From: a virus
Taxonomy: Duplodnaviria > Caudoviricetes
Virus record (IMG/VR): IMGVR_UViG_3300023245_000055
Span: 1-34,407 of that record
Direction: 5' to 3' (one strand)
Length of the DNA stretch: 34,407 nucleotides
Shown here: positions 13,823-24,631 of the stretch, in pieces
Position numbering within the stretch: the first letter of the stretch is position 1
How the letters are laid out: each line of letters opens with the position of its first letter
Translations under genes and position numbers: made by a program
Notes under the pieces: model-generated
What the model saw: only the letters and a program-made list of their open reading frames with translations
Told to the model about the DNA's origin: nothing
Databases searched by the model: none

Positions 13823-14404
13823 ATGGATCGTGAAGATTACATGATGTATATCGGGTTCTCTGATCCTTACCAGGACCGCGCTGTCCTAAAGGATGTGATG
13901 GGTCGATACCGTACTAACATCTTCTACGAGTTCAACAAATCCCGACACGAGGACTACCCGCCTCTCTATACCATGCGTGAAGACGAATGGAGAGGCCTGC
14001 CAAGCGCTTACCGGATCTTTATGGAATCGGAGAGCGAGTACGAGGCAGCAATGAAGCTAGTGGGTTCATGGGGCCACTGGCAAAAACTACTCAAGTGTAA
14101 ACCTTTCATGGATGGAAGTGACGAGAGTGCTCTCTGGAACGGGCTGAAGTTCTGGAGAAACGAGAAGCTGGTTCAAGACCAAGCTCTCGCGTACAATCAG
14201 TTAAAGATTAGTGCAGCTCAGGGAAACGTGACTGCACAGAAGATCATCCTAGAGGGTGACAAGAAGACCTCCAAGAGAGGCAGACCTAGTGATGCGGAAG
14301 TTAAGAAGGCCGCAGCTGCCCAGGCAGAGAAGAGCACTCAGGTTAAGAATGACCTAGCACGTATTAAGGATTTAGATGTCAAGCGATTTGCAACCAGTAA
14401 TTGA
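13823..14404 (+). CDS. Putative terminase small subunit
   Basis: Overlaps the start of TerL; helical; basic KRGRPS C-terminus. Mainly a positional call. Confidence 0.55.
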   Translation: MDREDYMMYIGFSDPYQDRAVLKDVMGRYRTNIFYEFNKSRHEDYPPLYTMREDEWRGLPSAYRIFMESESEYEAAMKLVGSWGHWQKLLKCKPFMDGSDESALWNGLKFWRNEKLVQDQALAYNQLKISAAQGNVTAQKIILEGDKKTSKRGRPSDAEVKKAAAAQAEKSTQVKNDLARIKDLDVKRFATSN

Positions 14405-15947
14405 TCTCTGCGAGAACAGTTTCTTTGCATTCATGCGCCTGGTTAATCCTCAGTACGCATACGGAGACATACATGCAGAACTTTGTAAATGGATTCAAGA
14501 TGGTGATTCGCAGCGTAAGCTTGCGCTTCTCCCCCGTGGGCATCTTAAGTCTCACATTGCTGCTGGCTATGCTGCTTGGCGTATCACTTATCGCCCCTGG
14601 ATAAGTATCGTATATCTCTCAGCTGGTGAAGACTTGGCTAAAGACCAGATCTACGCCATCAAGAATATGATGACGAATGACGTATACCGCACTTACTGGC
14701 CGGAGATGTTTAAAGAAGATGAAGGACAAAGAGAACAGTGGAGCGCCTTTAGCTTCAATGTGGACCACCCTGATCGCAAGAGGCGGGGTATTAGAGATCA
14801 TACGATCATCGTTAAGACGGTTAAGAGTAACGCCATCGGACTACATTGCGATCTGCTTATTGCTGATGATGTTGTTATTCCTGACTTTGCTGATTCCGCT
14901 GTGGGTCGTAGTGAAGTTAATCGACGGATGGCGCAGTTTGTTTCCATCCTCAACCCGAGAGGAGAAATCCTAGCGGTAGGTACTAGGTACCATCCAAGCG
15001 ACTTGTACCAATCCTTTATCGAGTCTGTGTATCAGATTTGGGAAGCAGCTCTTAAGGAGTTCAAAGGTGAGGCCAAGCTTTGGGATATCTTCAGCCGTGA
15101 GGTTGAAAGCGAAGGTGACGGGACTGGTGAGTTCCTGTGGCCTTTAACAGTTGATGAAGATACGGGCGAGACCTACGGGTTCGATGCTCAAACTCTAGCC
15201 ATCATACGAGCAGACTATGAGTCGAAGGGTCAGCTGGTACAGTTCTTCTGCCAGTACTACAACAACCCTAACGCGATTGATATGCAACGGATTTCACGTG
15301 GACACTTCCAGTACTACGACCGTAAGCACATCAAGGTAGAGGGCAAGGATGTCTTCTACCGTACGAACAAGCTGAATACATTTGCAGCGATGGACGTAGC
15401 GTGGACAGACAATGCAGGATCTGACTTCACCGCAATAGCCGTTATCGGCATGGACAGTGATGAGAACGTCTACTTGTTAGACCTCACGCAGTTCAAGACA
15501 GCTAACTTCAATGATTACTATAATGAAGTTATGGGACTACACCGCAAGTGGCAGTTCCGAAAGCTGGTAGTAGAGACTAATGCTGGTGGTCAGTTCGTTA
15601 AGAATGAACTAGACCGCATGGTAAGACAGAACGGAGAAGTTCTGACAATCGAAGGGAAGCCAGCCATAACTAGGCAGGGTTCTAAAAACGAACGTAAGGG
15701 AGCTACCCTAGAGTGGAGATACGCTGACCAGCGAATCTGGCATTTCAAAGGTGGGTTGATAGCAGAGTTCGAGGACCAGATAGTCCTTGACAGACCTAAG
15801 CATGATGACTTATCAGATGCTTTTGTTTCAGCTGTAGTCAGCGCTAAGGCCCCTGGCAAGAGAGCATACGCATCAAACGTAAGAGTTATGGATATAAACA
15901 CCACATACAATAGCCGCTTCGGTGGACGCAGGAGCAGAGTAGCATGA
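14376..15947 (+). CDS. terL: Terminase large subunit
   Basis: Walker A-like LLPRGHLKS, Walker B LLIADD, GTRY, QYYNNP; nuclease motifs AMDVA, DFTA, VETN, HDDLSDA. Confidence 0.95.
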   Translation: MSSDLQPVIDLCENSFFAFMRLVNPQYAYGDIHAELCKWIQDGDSQRKLALLPRGHLKSHIAAGYAAWRITYRPWISIVYLSAGEDLAKDQIYAIKNMMTNDVYRTYWPEMFKEDEGQREQWSAFSFNVDHPDRKRRGIRDHTIIVKTVKSNAIGLHCDLLIADDVVIPDFADSAVGRSEVNRRMAQFVSILNPRGEILAVGTRYHPSDLYQSFIESVYQIWEAALKEFKGEAKLWDIFSREVESEGDGTGEFLWPLTVDEDTGETYGFDAQTLAIIRADYESKGQLVQFFCQYYNNPNAIDMQRISRGHFQYYDRKHIKVEGKDVFYRTNKLNTFAAMDVAWTDNAGSDFTAIAVIGMDSDENVYLLDLTQFKTANFNDYYNEVMGLHRKWQFRKLVVETNAGGQFVKNELDRMVRQNGEVLTIEGKPAITRQGSKNERKGATLEWRYADQRIWHFKGGLIAEFEDQIVLDRPKHDDLSDAFVSAVVSAKAPGKRAYASNVRVMDINTTYNSRFGGRRSRVA

Positions 15948-17785
15948 GTGCAGGTAACGGATTAGATATCTTCCAGTCTGCCTTTGGCGCACAGGACATC
16001 AAAGCAGCACAGATAAACACTACATGGATTCGATGGAACGGTAACCGTCGAGAGATCATGGATCGTTGGGATGAACTCCAACGATACGTTTGGGCTACGT
16101 CAACCAAAGAAACGACTAACGAAGAAGTAGCGGACTGGTCTAACACGACCCACCGGCCTAAGATGGCTAACCTCTACGACACCTTAACGATTAACTACGA
16201 CGCAGCACTGTTCCCTAATGACAGATGGCTACGCTGGAAAGGTAACGATACCGACGCAGCTAACGCCCGCAAACGTCAGATTGTCGAAGCGTACATGAAT
16301 ACGAAACACGCAGTCCGTGCTTCTAACTTCCGTAACGTAATGCGACAACTAGAAAGTGATTGGGTTATCTATGGTAACGCTTTCGCTGAAGTTGAATACA
16401 TCCGTGAGTACTCAGTTGATCCTCTTACAGGACAAGTAACCTTGTCGTATGTAGGGCCTAAGATCAATCGACGTGACCCACGTGATATAGTATTCAACCC
16501 ATTAGCTTCCAGCTTCCGCCAAGCCCCTAAGATCACTCGGGACTTGTATACGTTAGCTGAACTAACAAGACTAATGGAAGACAACCCAGGTAATGAGAAG
16601 TGGGCTGAAGTTCACCGCATTGCTACCTCCCACCGCGGGGCTATCCGCCAGTTTAACCAAGGTGATATCGACAAAGACTTAATGCTCCAGTTCGATGGAT
16701 TTGGTACAGCAAGCCAGTACTTTGATTCCGGACTAGTAGAAGTGCTATCGTTCTACGGTGACATTCACTGGGGCGCGACAGATGGCGAGTTTGAATATCA
16801 ACGTGATCGTGAGATCGTAGTTGTAGACCGTTGGGAAACTGCGGTTGATCGTGAGATAGACACATGGACAGGCAAGCCGCATATCTACCACGTTCCGTGG
16901 AGACAGCGATCTGATAACCTGTGGGGCCAAGGCCCTCTCGATAACCTTGTCGGTATGCAGTATCGTGTAGACCACTTGGAGAATGCACGAGCCGATGCGT
17001 TCGACCAGATGCTAGATCCGGATATCGTCTTCGCTGGAGACGTTGAGGATATAGCTCAAGTAGGTGGTGCTAAGCACTACTACATCGCAGAGAATGGTTC
17101 AGTCCAGTATCTGCGTCCTGATACGACCGTCTTAAACGCCGATCTACAGATCAGGGAACTGACCGAAGCGATGGAAATGTTCGCGCTGTCTCCTAGGGAG
17201 GCACTTGGCTTCAGGACTCCAGGTGAGAAAACACTTGGCGAATTCCAAGGATTGACCAATGCCGCAGCAAGAAGCTTCCAACACAAGGTCAACATCTTCC
17301 AGGAGTTCTTGGAAGATCTAGTGAACGCTGAACTAGAAGTATCTGTACGGAACCTCGATGGGGCCGACATGGTTGAGATCATCGACGATGACACAGGCGC
17401 TAGTGAGTTCAAGAAGATAACGAAGTCAGATATCACCAGCAATGGTCGTCTGATACCGGTAGGCGCACGGCACTTCGCTCGTGAGGCCCAACTGGTTCAA
17501 AACTTGCAGTCATTGCAAGGTGGCCCACTCCAGGATCCTGAGGTTGCACAGCACTTCAGTTCACTCGGACTGGCCGAACTATATAAAGAATGGATGGACC
17601 TGGCAGGCGGAGCACGCGAGCTAGTACAACCATACGCAAGGATTGAGGAACGTCTGGAGGCACAACGCCGGATGCAGGTAGCAGAAGACCAAGCTGCACT
17701 TGAATCGCAAACAGACACAGCAGGAGATTTGGATGCAGGAAGTCAACAAGGGCCAGCCGTCGGAGATATTGCTCCGCAAGTTTAG
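15944..17785 (+). CDS. Portal protein
   Basis: 613 aa directly after TerL; YGNAF, WGQGPL and PGEKT motifs of podoviral portals. Confidence 0.9.
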   Translation: MSAGNGLDIFQSAFGAQDIKAAQINTTWIRWNGNRREIMDRWDELQRYVWATSTKETTNEEVADWSNTTHRPKMANLYDTLTINYDAALFPNDRWLRWKGNDTDAANARKRQIVEAYMNTKHAVRASNFRNVMRQLESDWVIYGNAFAEVEYIREYSVDPLTGQVTLSYVGPKINRRDPRDIVFNPLASSFRQAPKITRDLYTLAELTRLMEDNPGNEKWAEVHRIATSHRGAIRQFNQGDIDKDLMLQFDGFGTASQYFDSGLVEVLSFYGDIHWGATDGEFEYQRDREIVVVDRWETAVDREIDTWTGKPHIYHVPWRQRSDNLWGQGPLDNLVGMQYRVDHLENARADAFDQMLDPDIVFAGDVEDIAQVGGAKHYYIAENGSVQYLRPDTTVLNADLQIRELTEAMEMFALSPREALGFRTPGEKTLGEFQGLTNAAARSFQHKVNIFQEFLEDLVNAELEVSVRNLDGADMVEIIDDDTGASEFKKITKSDITSNGRLIPVGARHFAREAQLVQNLQSLQGGPLQDPEVAQHFSSLGLAELYKEWMDLAGGARELVQPYARIEERLEAQRRMQVAEDQAALESQTDTAGDLDAGSQQGPAVGDIAPQV

Positions 17786-18002
17786 GTCCCAAGAGGAAAA
17801 GGAAGAGTTCGCTCGTAGCTATATAAGAGCTAAGAGAGTACTCACGGTAATTAACGAAGATGCTAGACGAGAAGTCAAACGTCAGTCAGACCTGATTGAC
17901 AGCCCGAAAGGTTTTGAGGTTCCCAACTGGCAGTACCTACAGGCATGGTATGCAGGCTATAGATCAGCTATGCGACGCACTGTAGAAGTAACAAGGATAT
18001 AA
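17733..18002 (+). CDS. Small protein between portal and scaffold
   Basis: AGGAG RBS before ATG 17733; PNWQYLQAW..GY motif. Confidence 0.7.
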   Translation: MQEVNKGQPSEILLRKFRSQEEKEEFARSYIRAKRVLTVINEDARREVKRQSDLIDSPKGFEVPNWQYLQAWYAGYRSAMRRTVEVTRI

Positions 18003-18003
18003 A

Positions 18004-18741
18004 ATGACTGATACATTCGGTACGTCCAGAGACGATCAAGCTGGACAAGATGAAGAAAAGAACTTTGGATCGAACGAAGAAGGTATGACAAATGCCCACC
18101 CTGGTTCCCAAGGAATAGATCCTCAAGAATACGAGGCATTACGGAAACGAGATGAGGCGGCACAAGCCCACATCGAACGACTGGAAAGAGAGAACAAAGA
18201 AGCACGAGACAAAGTTGTCGAGCTTGAAGATGGTCTTTCAAATGCAACTAAACTTGATGACGCTTTGGCAAGGATTGCCAACCAAGGTGACGGTCAAGCA
18301 CCCACAGGTGTAGACCGCACTGATGTCGCCCAGGTAGTAGAAGAAGTCCTGGGGCAACACCAAACAGCTGCTAAACAAGATAGCAATTGGGCCACCGTAA
18401 CTGACGCGCTGACAAAGGAATTCGGCGATTGGAAAACTGCTGACGTAAAAGTTCAGGAGAAAGCACGAGAGCTGGACATCTCTATTGAGGATGCTTCAGT
18501 TATGGCGAAACAAAACCCGAAAGCTTTTCTAGAGCTGTTCGTACCCCAACGAAACTCTTCTACTAATAAAGCCGGAAGCTCTACCGGTACTGGGGATGTA
18601 GGGCAACGAGGAATGAACTCACAGGTAGGCGAGGTCCGAGACCAAGCTTACTACACGAAACTACGCAGAGAGAACCCGAACAAATATTGGTCGGTAGAAA
18701 CTCAAGCACAGTATCGTCGTGATCTCTTTCCTGATAAATAA
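18004..18741 (+). CDS. Capsid scaffolding protein
   Basis: Acidic coiled coil directly before the MCP; C-terminal YY..LRRENP.KYWS. Confidence 0.8.
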   Translation: MTDTFGTSRDDQAGQDEEKNFGSNEEGMTNAHPGSQGIDPQEYEALRKRDEAAQAHIERLERENKEARDKVVELEDGLSNATKLDDALARIANQGDGQAPTGVDRTDVAQVVEEVLGQHQTAAKQDSNWATVTDALTKEFGDWKTADVKVQEKARELDISIEDASVMAKQNPKAFLELFVPQRNSSTNKAGSSTGTGDVGQRGMNSQVGEVRDQAYYTKLRRENPNKYWSVETQAQYRRDLFPDK

Positions 18742-18769
18742 TTAAATTGATTTTACATAGGATACTATA

Positions 18770-19759
18770 ATGTCTACAATGGACTCAGTTTGGGGTTCAA
18801 CCCACCTCAAACGTAACGAAGTATTTACTGGTCAAATCAAGGAAATGTTCCAGGACCAAACCTTCATGCAAGGTATGGTTCGACAAATCAACGACTTCGG
18901 TGATGGCGATAACTATCGCATCAGCTCACTTGGTGAGTTGGTAATTGATCAAATGTCTGAAAGCGTAGCTCTTCCTGAGCGCCGCATGGATACTGGTCAA
19001 TTCGTATTTAACATCAACGAACATGTTGGTCTGAAAGTTTCTTTCACGGACAAATTCCTTGAGGACGATTTCCTCGCAAGTGCAGCTGTATCTTCAGCTC
19101 CTCGCAAGATGAAACGCGCCTTTGATGAGTACTACGAAACTCAAGTGTTGAAGCTGCATCGCGTGCAGACTTCTGGTAATGTTAACGCTATCAATGGTGC
19201 TAGCCACCGTATTGTAGCATCTGGCGCAGGTACGACTTCTGTTCGCACCATGTCTCAGAATGACTTTGCATACGCACGTTACGCGCTTCAGAAAGCTAAG
19301 GTACCACTGTCCGGCCTCGTCGCCGTAGTTGACCCGACTTTCGAATTCAACACCAATATCAATAGCACATTGACTTCCAATACCAACGGTCCTCGTTGGG
19401 GCGGAATTGATGGCGTCTCACCTGCTGGTGATGGCGTACGCTTCTTGAACACTATCTTCGGATTTGACGTATACGTCTCTGATTATCTTGATACTGCTAC
19501 GGCACAAGAGGCTCTGGCGACTTATGCTGGCACCGCTGATAACGTCGAGATTGGTGATAAGTTTAACTTGTTCTTCAGCATGGGCGAAGAAGATGCCAAG
19601 CCGTTTATCGGTGCATGGCGTCGGATGCCTCGGATCGTAAGCTGGAAAGACGATGACGTAGAAACTGAATACCATCAGTTCTCTGCTCGATTCGGTCTTA
19701 ACCTGTACCGCCCCGAGAGCCTTGTTACGATTGCAACAAGCACGAACTTCAACGATTAG
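18770..19759 (+). CDS. Major capsid protein
   Basis: 329 aa; position after the scaffold; FGFDVYVSD and RFGLNLYRPE motifs typical of podoviral MCPs. Confidence 0.9.
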   Translation: MSTMDSVWGSTHLKRNEVFTGQIKEMFQDQTFMQGMVRQINDFGDGDNYRISSLGELVIDQMSESVALPERRMDTGQFVFNINEHVGLKVSFTDKFLEDDFLASAAVSSAPRKMKRAFDEYYETQVLKLHRVQTSGNVNAINGASHRIVASGAGTTSVRTMSQNDFAYARYALQKAKVPLSGLVAVVDPTFEFNTNINSTLTSNTNGPRWGGIDGVSPAGDGVRFLNTIFGFDVYVSDYLDTATAQEALATYAGTADNVEIGDKFNLFFSMGEEDAKPFIGAWRRMPRIVSWKDDDVETEYHQFSARFGLNLYRPESLVTIATSTNFND

Positions 19760-19771
19760 GAGATATAAATT

Positions 19772-20290
19772 ATGGCACGTGGAAATACATGGACCAATAG
19801 TGATGGTCTAATCGTCGGTTTCGCTTCGCGAGACACTGTAAACTCTGAACCAGCTATCGTCCACACTGTGGGTCGAGTTAAGCAGGTTGAGATGCAAATT
19901 GATTTTAGTAACCATGCAGATGCAGCAGCCGGAACCCTCACGGGTAAAGAAGCTGTTATCCCTGCTGGTGCTCGAATCATCTCAGCAATCACTACGACTG
20001 GCGCAGTTGTTGTTGGCCCTACGGCTAACACCGGCTTAGACGTCGGTCTTAAGACTGCTGCGGCTGGCGTCGCTATTGACGCTGACGGCCTTGTGTCTAC
20101 CTTCGCTCTGACTGCTGGCGCAGTACAGACTGGAGGCGGCGCATTAGTCGGTACAGTTCTTGCAGCTAATTCTGTTATTTCAGTAGCAGTCGATTCGGCA
20201 ATGACCGCAGGTGACTTCTCTGTATTGGTAGAGTATGCTGATCCCATCGAGGATCAGACTCCGCCTTCAGTAATCACTGGCGCGATCTAA
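19772..20290 (+). CDS. Capsid decoration/minor capsid protein
   Basis: WTNSDGL.VGF N-terminus; IPAGARI...DADGL beta-rich body; follows the MCP before the terminator. Confidence 0.7.
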   Translation: MARGNTWTNSDGLIVGFASRDTVNSEPAIVHTVGRVKQVEMQIDFSNHADAAAGTLTGKEAVIPAGARIISAITTTGAVVVGPTANTGLDVGLKTAAAGVAIDADGLVSTFALTAGAVQTGGGALVGTVLAANSVISVAVDSAMTAGDFSVLVEYADPIEDQTPPSVITGAI

Positions 20291-20304
20291 TCTAGATCAT
20301 CTTA

Positions 20305-20337
20305 TTCGAGGGCGGCATACGTCGCCCCCGGATTTTT
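20305..20337 (+). terminator. Intrinsic terminator after the capsid genes
   Basis: GGGCGGC-ATAC-GTCGCCC hairpin with extended pairing, followed by TTTTT. Confidence 0.8.
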
Positions 20338-20353
20338 AATAAGGAATACATAT

Positions 20354-20734
20354 ATGAAATTTATTTTAGCACTAGTCTTCGGACTACTCGGTACTCTCGG
20401 CTTCGCAGCCACAAGAGAATATACAGCGAGCTTCTCACAAGAATGTCTCACTGTAGAAGGAGACTCACTTGACGCGGACGGTGATGGGATCTGTGAAGAT
20501 CTTAACGGCTTTCGTGTGTATGATGAGGATGGGAACTTTGTTCACGGTATACCAGAAGATGGTACCCGAACAATTACCTTTAGCATGAATCGCCCCTGGG
20601 GTGAACAGTGTCTGACGATGACGTCTCACATGACAGACCCAATTGATGGTTCTTTCAGTGAGTCAGCTTTGTCTGCACCTGGTGGATGCTTATTGGTACG
20701 TCCCGGTAAACCGACTGCTCCAATCATTCAATAG
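20354..20734 (+). CDS. Signal-peptide-bearing small protein (FN3/Ig-like?)
   Basis: MKFILALVFGLLGTLGFA|A signal; DADGDG loop; four Cys; GFRVY and SES...PGKPTAP pattern. Confidence 0.7.
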   Translation: MKFILALVFGLLGTLGFAATREYTASFSQECLTVEGDSLDADGDGICEDLNGFRVYDEDGNFVHGIPEDGTRTITFSMNRPWGEQCLTMTSHMTDPIDGSFSESALSAPGGCLLVRPGKPTAPIIQ

Positions 20735-20746
20735 CACGGACTTAAC

Positions 20747-21262
20747 ATGGCTAACTTACAACACAGTACACTTCCCTCAGCAGTAGTACATGAACCTAAG
20801 CACATTACTATCAATGGTACTACCGCTTCTGGTAAAGTAATTACTAATGATGCTAGTACTTCAGGCACCTCTGACTACCGCTTCCTGAAACGGGAAGATA
20901 TTACGGAGTTGCAAGAGACCTTGACCGTACTAGAGATCGACGCTAGCGCAGCACAAACTCACTACTTACCGACCATGTATTCCGGTAAGGTAGTTGGTGT
21001 TGCTGCTATCGTCAACAGCGCTATCGCCGGTGGCACCAATACTTATGAAGTGCAGATTGATACTGGATCCGTAACAGGATCACAGGTCTCTCTAACTACT
21101 ACAATAGGTACTGGTGGTGCAGCTGGTGATATCGTGACTGCCACACCTTCAGCTGCAAACACTTTTGTAGCAGGGCAGTCGCTTACTATAACCAACACAG
21201 CACTCGCTAACACCGATGCTTCAGTTGATATTCGATTCGCACTCCTGATTGAGAGGACTTAA
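20747..21262 (+). CDS. Virion structural protein
   Basis: H..L....HEPK N-terminus followed by a Thr/Ala-rich beta domain. Confidence 0.65.
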   Translation: MANLQHSTLPSAVVHEPKHITINGTTASGKVITNDASTSGTSDYRFLKREDITELQETLTVLEIDASAAQTHYLPTMYSGKVVGVAAIVNSAIAGGTNTYEVQIDTGSVTGSQVSLTTTIGTGGAAGDIVTATPSAANTFVAGQSLTITNTALANTDASVDIRFALLIERT

Positions 21263-21264
21263 TA

Positions 21265-22041
21265 ATGTCACACGGCAAGCTGACTATGATCCAGATCGTC
21301 TCTAAGACGATGGAAGCATTGAATCTAGATGAGGTTAACTCAATCTCGGATTCCCCGGATGCAGAGCAGATCGCTCAGATTGCTCAAGATTCGGCATATG
21401 AGTTACTCAACCAAAGTGAATGGCCCTTTAGCATTCGCTACGCGCAACTCGAATCTATCGCGGATAGCGCTAGACCTAACTACCTGAGAATACCAGATGA
21501 GGTTACTCGTATTGACTACGTTCGATACGACAAGACCGATCCGGCTAACCAGGATGCAAATCTAGTAGACCTAGTAGAGATAGACACTATCGAATGGCTA
21601 GCACCAGAGCAGTTCCTAGAGATGACCCTCTTGCGGAATACTCAGGTAGCCGAGATCAGTACTATCACAGACTTCAACGGTGCGAGATATCATATCTACA
21701 CCGACCGAGGGCCATCCTACTGGACAAGCTTCGACGATGAGTATATTGTATTTGATGCTTACGACAGTGACATCGAATCAACACTACAAGGGAATAAGAG
21801 CCAGGTACATGTTAAGTGGATAGAGGATATCGTGATCAGCGATGACTTCCAACTTGATGCACCTGCACACTTCTTCTCAACCTGGCTAGCTGACGTAAAG
21901 TCAACAGCCTTTATTTATTTAAAGCAGGAATCCTCACCAAAGGACGAGCAGCGAGCGAGACGCGGACTGAGTGTACTGAGGAGAAATGCATCGAGGACGG
22001 ATAACGATGACGGACGAATTAGATATGGTCGAAGAAAGTAA
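21265..22041 (+). CDS. Tail tubular protein A (adaptor)
   Basis: IV...M..L..DEVNSISD..DAEQIA N-terminus and EWPF motif; synteny. Confidence 0.8.
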   Translation: MSHGKLTMIQIVSKTMEALNLDEVNSISDSPDAEQIAQIAQDSAYELLNQSEWPFSIRYAQLESIADSARPNYLRIPDEVTRIDYVRYDKTDPANQDANLVDLVEIDTIEWLAPEQFLEMTLLRNTQVAEISTITDFNGARYHIYTDRGPSYWTSFDDEYIVFDAYDSDIESTLQGNKSQVHVKWIEDIVISDDFQLDAPAHFFSTWLADVKSTAFIYLKQESSPKDEQRARRGLSVLRRNASRTDNDDGRIRYGRRK

Positions 22042-22333
22042 CCAAGACCACGCAGAGGTATATGATCCCTCTAACAATAAAGAAGATTGGGGTTTCTCAG
22101 ATCTGGAAGGCACAAGTGCTGAACAGAAGGCAGAGACTAATGATCTACACCCAGCGATCTTTGTAAAGCAAGGCGCTAAGACAATTGAAATCTACCACGA
22201 GAAATTCGGTACCCTATGGGGTGCTCGATACGTAGAAGGCGGCCAACTACCAGGTGCTTTAACCGGTAAGTGGACCAACGCTGACGACGCTAAGTTAGCG
22301 GTAGATATTTATGTTGCTCAACAACAGGACTAA
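22025..22333 (+). CDS. Hypothetical protein
   Basis: GGQLP.AL.GKWT motif; lies between tubular A and B; start uncertain. Confidence 0.65.
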   Translation: MVEESNQDHAEVYDPSNNKEDWGFSDLEGTSAEQKAETNDLHPAIFVKQGAKTIEIYHEKFGTLWGARYVEGGQLPGALTGKWTNADDAKLAVDIYVAQQQD

Positions 22334-22336
22334 GTA

Positions 22337-24631
22337 ATGGCATTTGTAGAACAAAGCGAGTTTATGGTTAATTTTGTAGGTGGTCTCAACACTGAGGCTA
22401 GCTCATTGAATTTCCCCGAGAACGCAGCTCAAGCTATAGACAACTTTGATCTATTCATTACAGGGGAAGTCAAACGTAGATTAGGCCTGGACTTTGAGTC
22501 CGGGTACACGGTAAGACCTGAAACCACAACTGACACCAACATCAGCAACTACGCGATCTCTAAGAGTGAGTGGAGAGCTGTAAATGGAAAAGGTGACATC
22601 AATTTCTTGGTGGTTCAGATAGGAACTACGTTGTACTTCCATGATCTCGGTGCTGATCCTCTTAGCTCTACACTGCGAGGGTCGATTGACCTTAGTAGTT
22701 CTAAGACTGGACCGGCTCCTGAGAATAAGATCTTATCCTTCGCTTATGGTGAAGGGGTAATGATCGTAGGTAACGAGGACCTGGATCCGACTATCGTTGA
22801 ATACGATGCGGACCTAGATACATTCTCTAAGCAGAGGATCGAGATTAAAATCCGGGACTTTGCTGGCATAGAGGAACCTGGTGAGTTAGATGCTAGACCA
22901 AGTTTACTCACTAACGACCACCAGTATAACCTGAGAAACCAGGGCTGGCCTGAGCGGACTATCTGTTCAGTCGGTAAGAATGGTGGTGGTGGTACAGTAC
23001 GTACTGATCCTATCCAATTTGCTAACTCTAAGGTATACGAGTACCCCTCCAATGCTGATATCTTTCACGCTTCCAAGATGGCAGCCGCTGATGATGCTCA
23101 AGCAATAGGCTCGTTCTCACCTTGGGATATGCAAAAAATTGCTACTGGTAACACTCCAGCCCCTAAGGGCCACTTCCTGTTAAGTGCATTTGCACAAGAC
23201 CGGAGAGCAGTGAGCGGTATTACAGTTAGCGACAACGGGTTCAACACGAATAAGCGACCCTCAGCCATAGCATTCTATGCTGGCCGGGTATGGTTCGGTG
23301 GTGTACCTGATTCAAATTACACAGGTAATGTGTACTTCAGTCAATCACTGATTGATCTGAAAAAGGCAGGCTTCTGCTACCAGGACTTAGATCCTACCGC
23401 GGAAGACTTGAACGCCCTGCTAGCTAGCGATGGTGGTGTAATCCATATCGCTGACTTGGGCGCTGTATACCAGATGTTACAACTACGACAAGATCTCGTA
23501 GTAGTATCTTCAACTGGTGTATGGGCAATCTCTGGAGACAGTAACCGTGGTAACTTCACCGCGGATAAGTACTCTGTTCGGAGAGTATCAGCTGAAGGTG
23601 CTACCTCGCGGGAAGCGACAGTAGTGACGGAAGGCATGATGTGGTATTGGGGAGAAGGCGGTATCTGGAGAGTCCAGCCATCACAGTTGGATGATACGCT
23701 TACGGTAGACCGGGTAACCCGGGGGACCATACAGACGTTCTATGATAGTATAGGTAATGCAGCAAGGGCTTACGCTAGAGTATTCTACGACCCTTATGCT
23801 AAGAAAATATACTGGCTGTATAATGACAGTGTATCCTACACAGGTGTCACTGATCGCTTTATATTCAACCGCTGCCTAGTTATGGATACAACGCTTGAAG
23901 CGTTCTATACATACACGATCTCAGATCTAGACACCAACAGTCCCGGTGTTGCGGCCTTCACAGTGAAGACCCCTGGAAGTGAGAGCATTACAACTTACGA
24001 CATCTTTGTCTCAGATGATGATATAGTTCAGGGTTCTGATGATATAGTTCAAGACGTAGCGTTTGAAGCATTTAATACAGTTGAGTTGAAAGCACTCTGC
24101 TTCGTGCAGAATGACGATACTACCTGGAGCTACACCTTTGGTGAATTCAACAACCGAAGCTTCACGGACTGGAAGACTTGGGATCAAGCTAAGAACAATA
24201 TCAGTAATACTGGTGCTGATTACACTAGTTATATTCAGACTGGCTGGCGGAATAGCACGGATCCAACAAGGGGTAAAACGATTACCCACCTCACCTCCTT
24301 CTTTAACCGAACAGAAGATGGATACGAGGCAGTCTCCGATGGAATAGTGGATTTCACTAATCCTTCTGGGGCTTATGTTCAGATCCGATGGGACTATACT
24401 GACTTGGATGTCGGTAACTGGACCACACAACAACAAGCATATAGGCTTCACAGGGCGTACCTGCCCGCTGACGCCACGGACCCGTTCGACTATGGGTACA
24501 CAACTGTGAGGACTAAAATGCGTATGAGAGGCCGAGGAGAGGCGTTCAGCGTACGGTATGACAGTGAGTCTGGTAAAGACATGCAGCTGTTAGGCTTCGC
24601 AGTGAACGTAAGGGTTGGTAGGAGACCATAA
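22337..24631 (+). CDS. Tail tubular protein B (nozzle)
   Basis: NFVGGLNTE start, RRLG, AFYAGRVWF, VYFSQ; 764 aa, beta-rich. Confidence 0.88.
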   Translation: MAFVEQSEFMVNFVGGLNTEASSLNFPENAAQAIDNFDLFITGEVKRRLGLDFESGYTVRPETTTDTNISNYAISKSEWRAVNGKGDINFLVVQIGTTLYFHDLGADPLSSTLRGSIDLSSSKTGPAPENKILSFAYGEGVMIVGNEDLDPTIVEYDADLDTFSKQRIEIKIRDFAGIEEPGELDARPSLLTNDHQYNLRNQGWPERTICSVGKNGGGGTVRTDPIQFANSKVYEYPSNADIFHASKMAAADDAQAIGSFSPWDMQKIATGNTPAPKGHFLLSAFAQDRRAVSGITVSDNGFNTNKRPSAIAFYAGRVWFGGVPDSNYTGNVYFSQSLIDLKKAGFCYQDLDPTAEDLNALLASDGGVIHIADLGAVYQMLQLRQDLVVVSSTGVWAISGDSNRGNFTADKYSVRRVSAEGATSREATVVTEGMMWYWGEGGIWRVQPSQLDDTLTVDRVTRGTIQTFYDSIGNAARAYARVFYDPYAKKIYWLYNDSVSYTGVTDRFIFNRCLVMDTTLEAFYTYTISDLDTNSPGVAAFTVKTPGSESITTYDIFVSDDDIVQGSDDIVQDVAFEAFNTVELKALCFVQNDDTTWSYTFGEFNNRSFTDWKTWDQAKNNISNTGADYTSYIQTGWRNSTDPTRGKTITHLTSFFNRTEDGYEAVSDGIVDFTNPSGAYVQIRWDYTDLDVGNWTTQQQAYRLHRAYLPADATDPFDYGYTTVRTKMRMRGRGEAFSVRYDSESGKDMQLLGFAVNVRVGRRP

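Noticed and set aside
24018-24053. Short duplication DDIVQGSDDIVQ in tail tubular B
   Set aside because: Small in-frame duplication in a probable loop; no evidence of a separate function.
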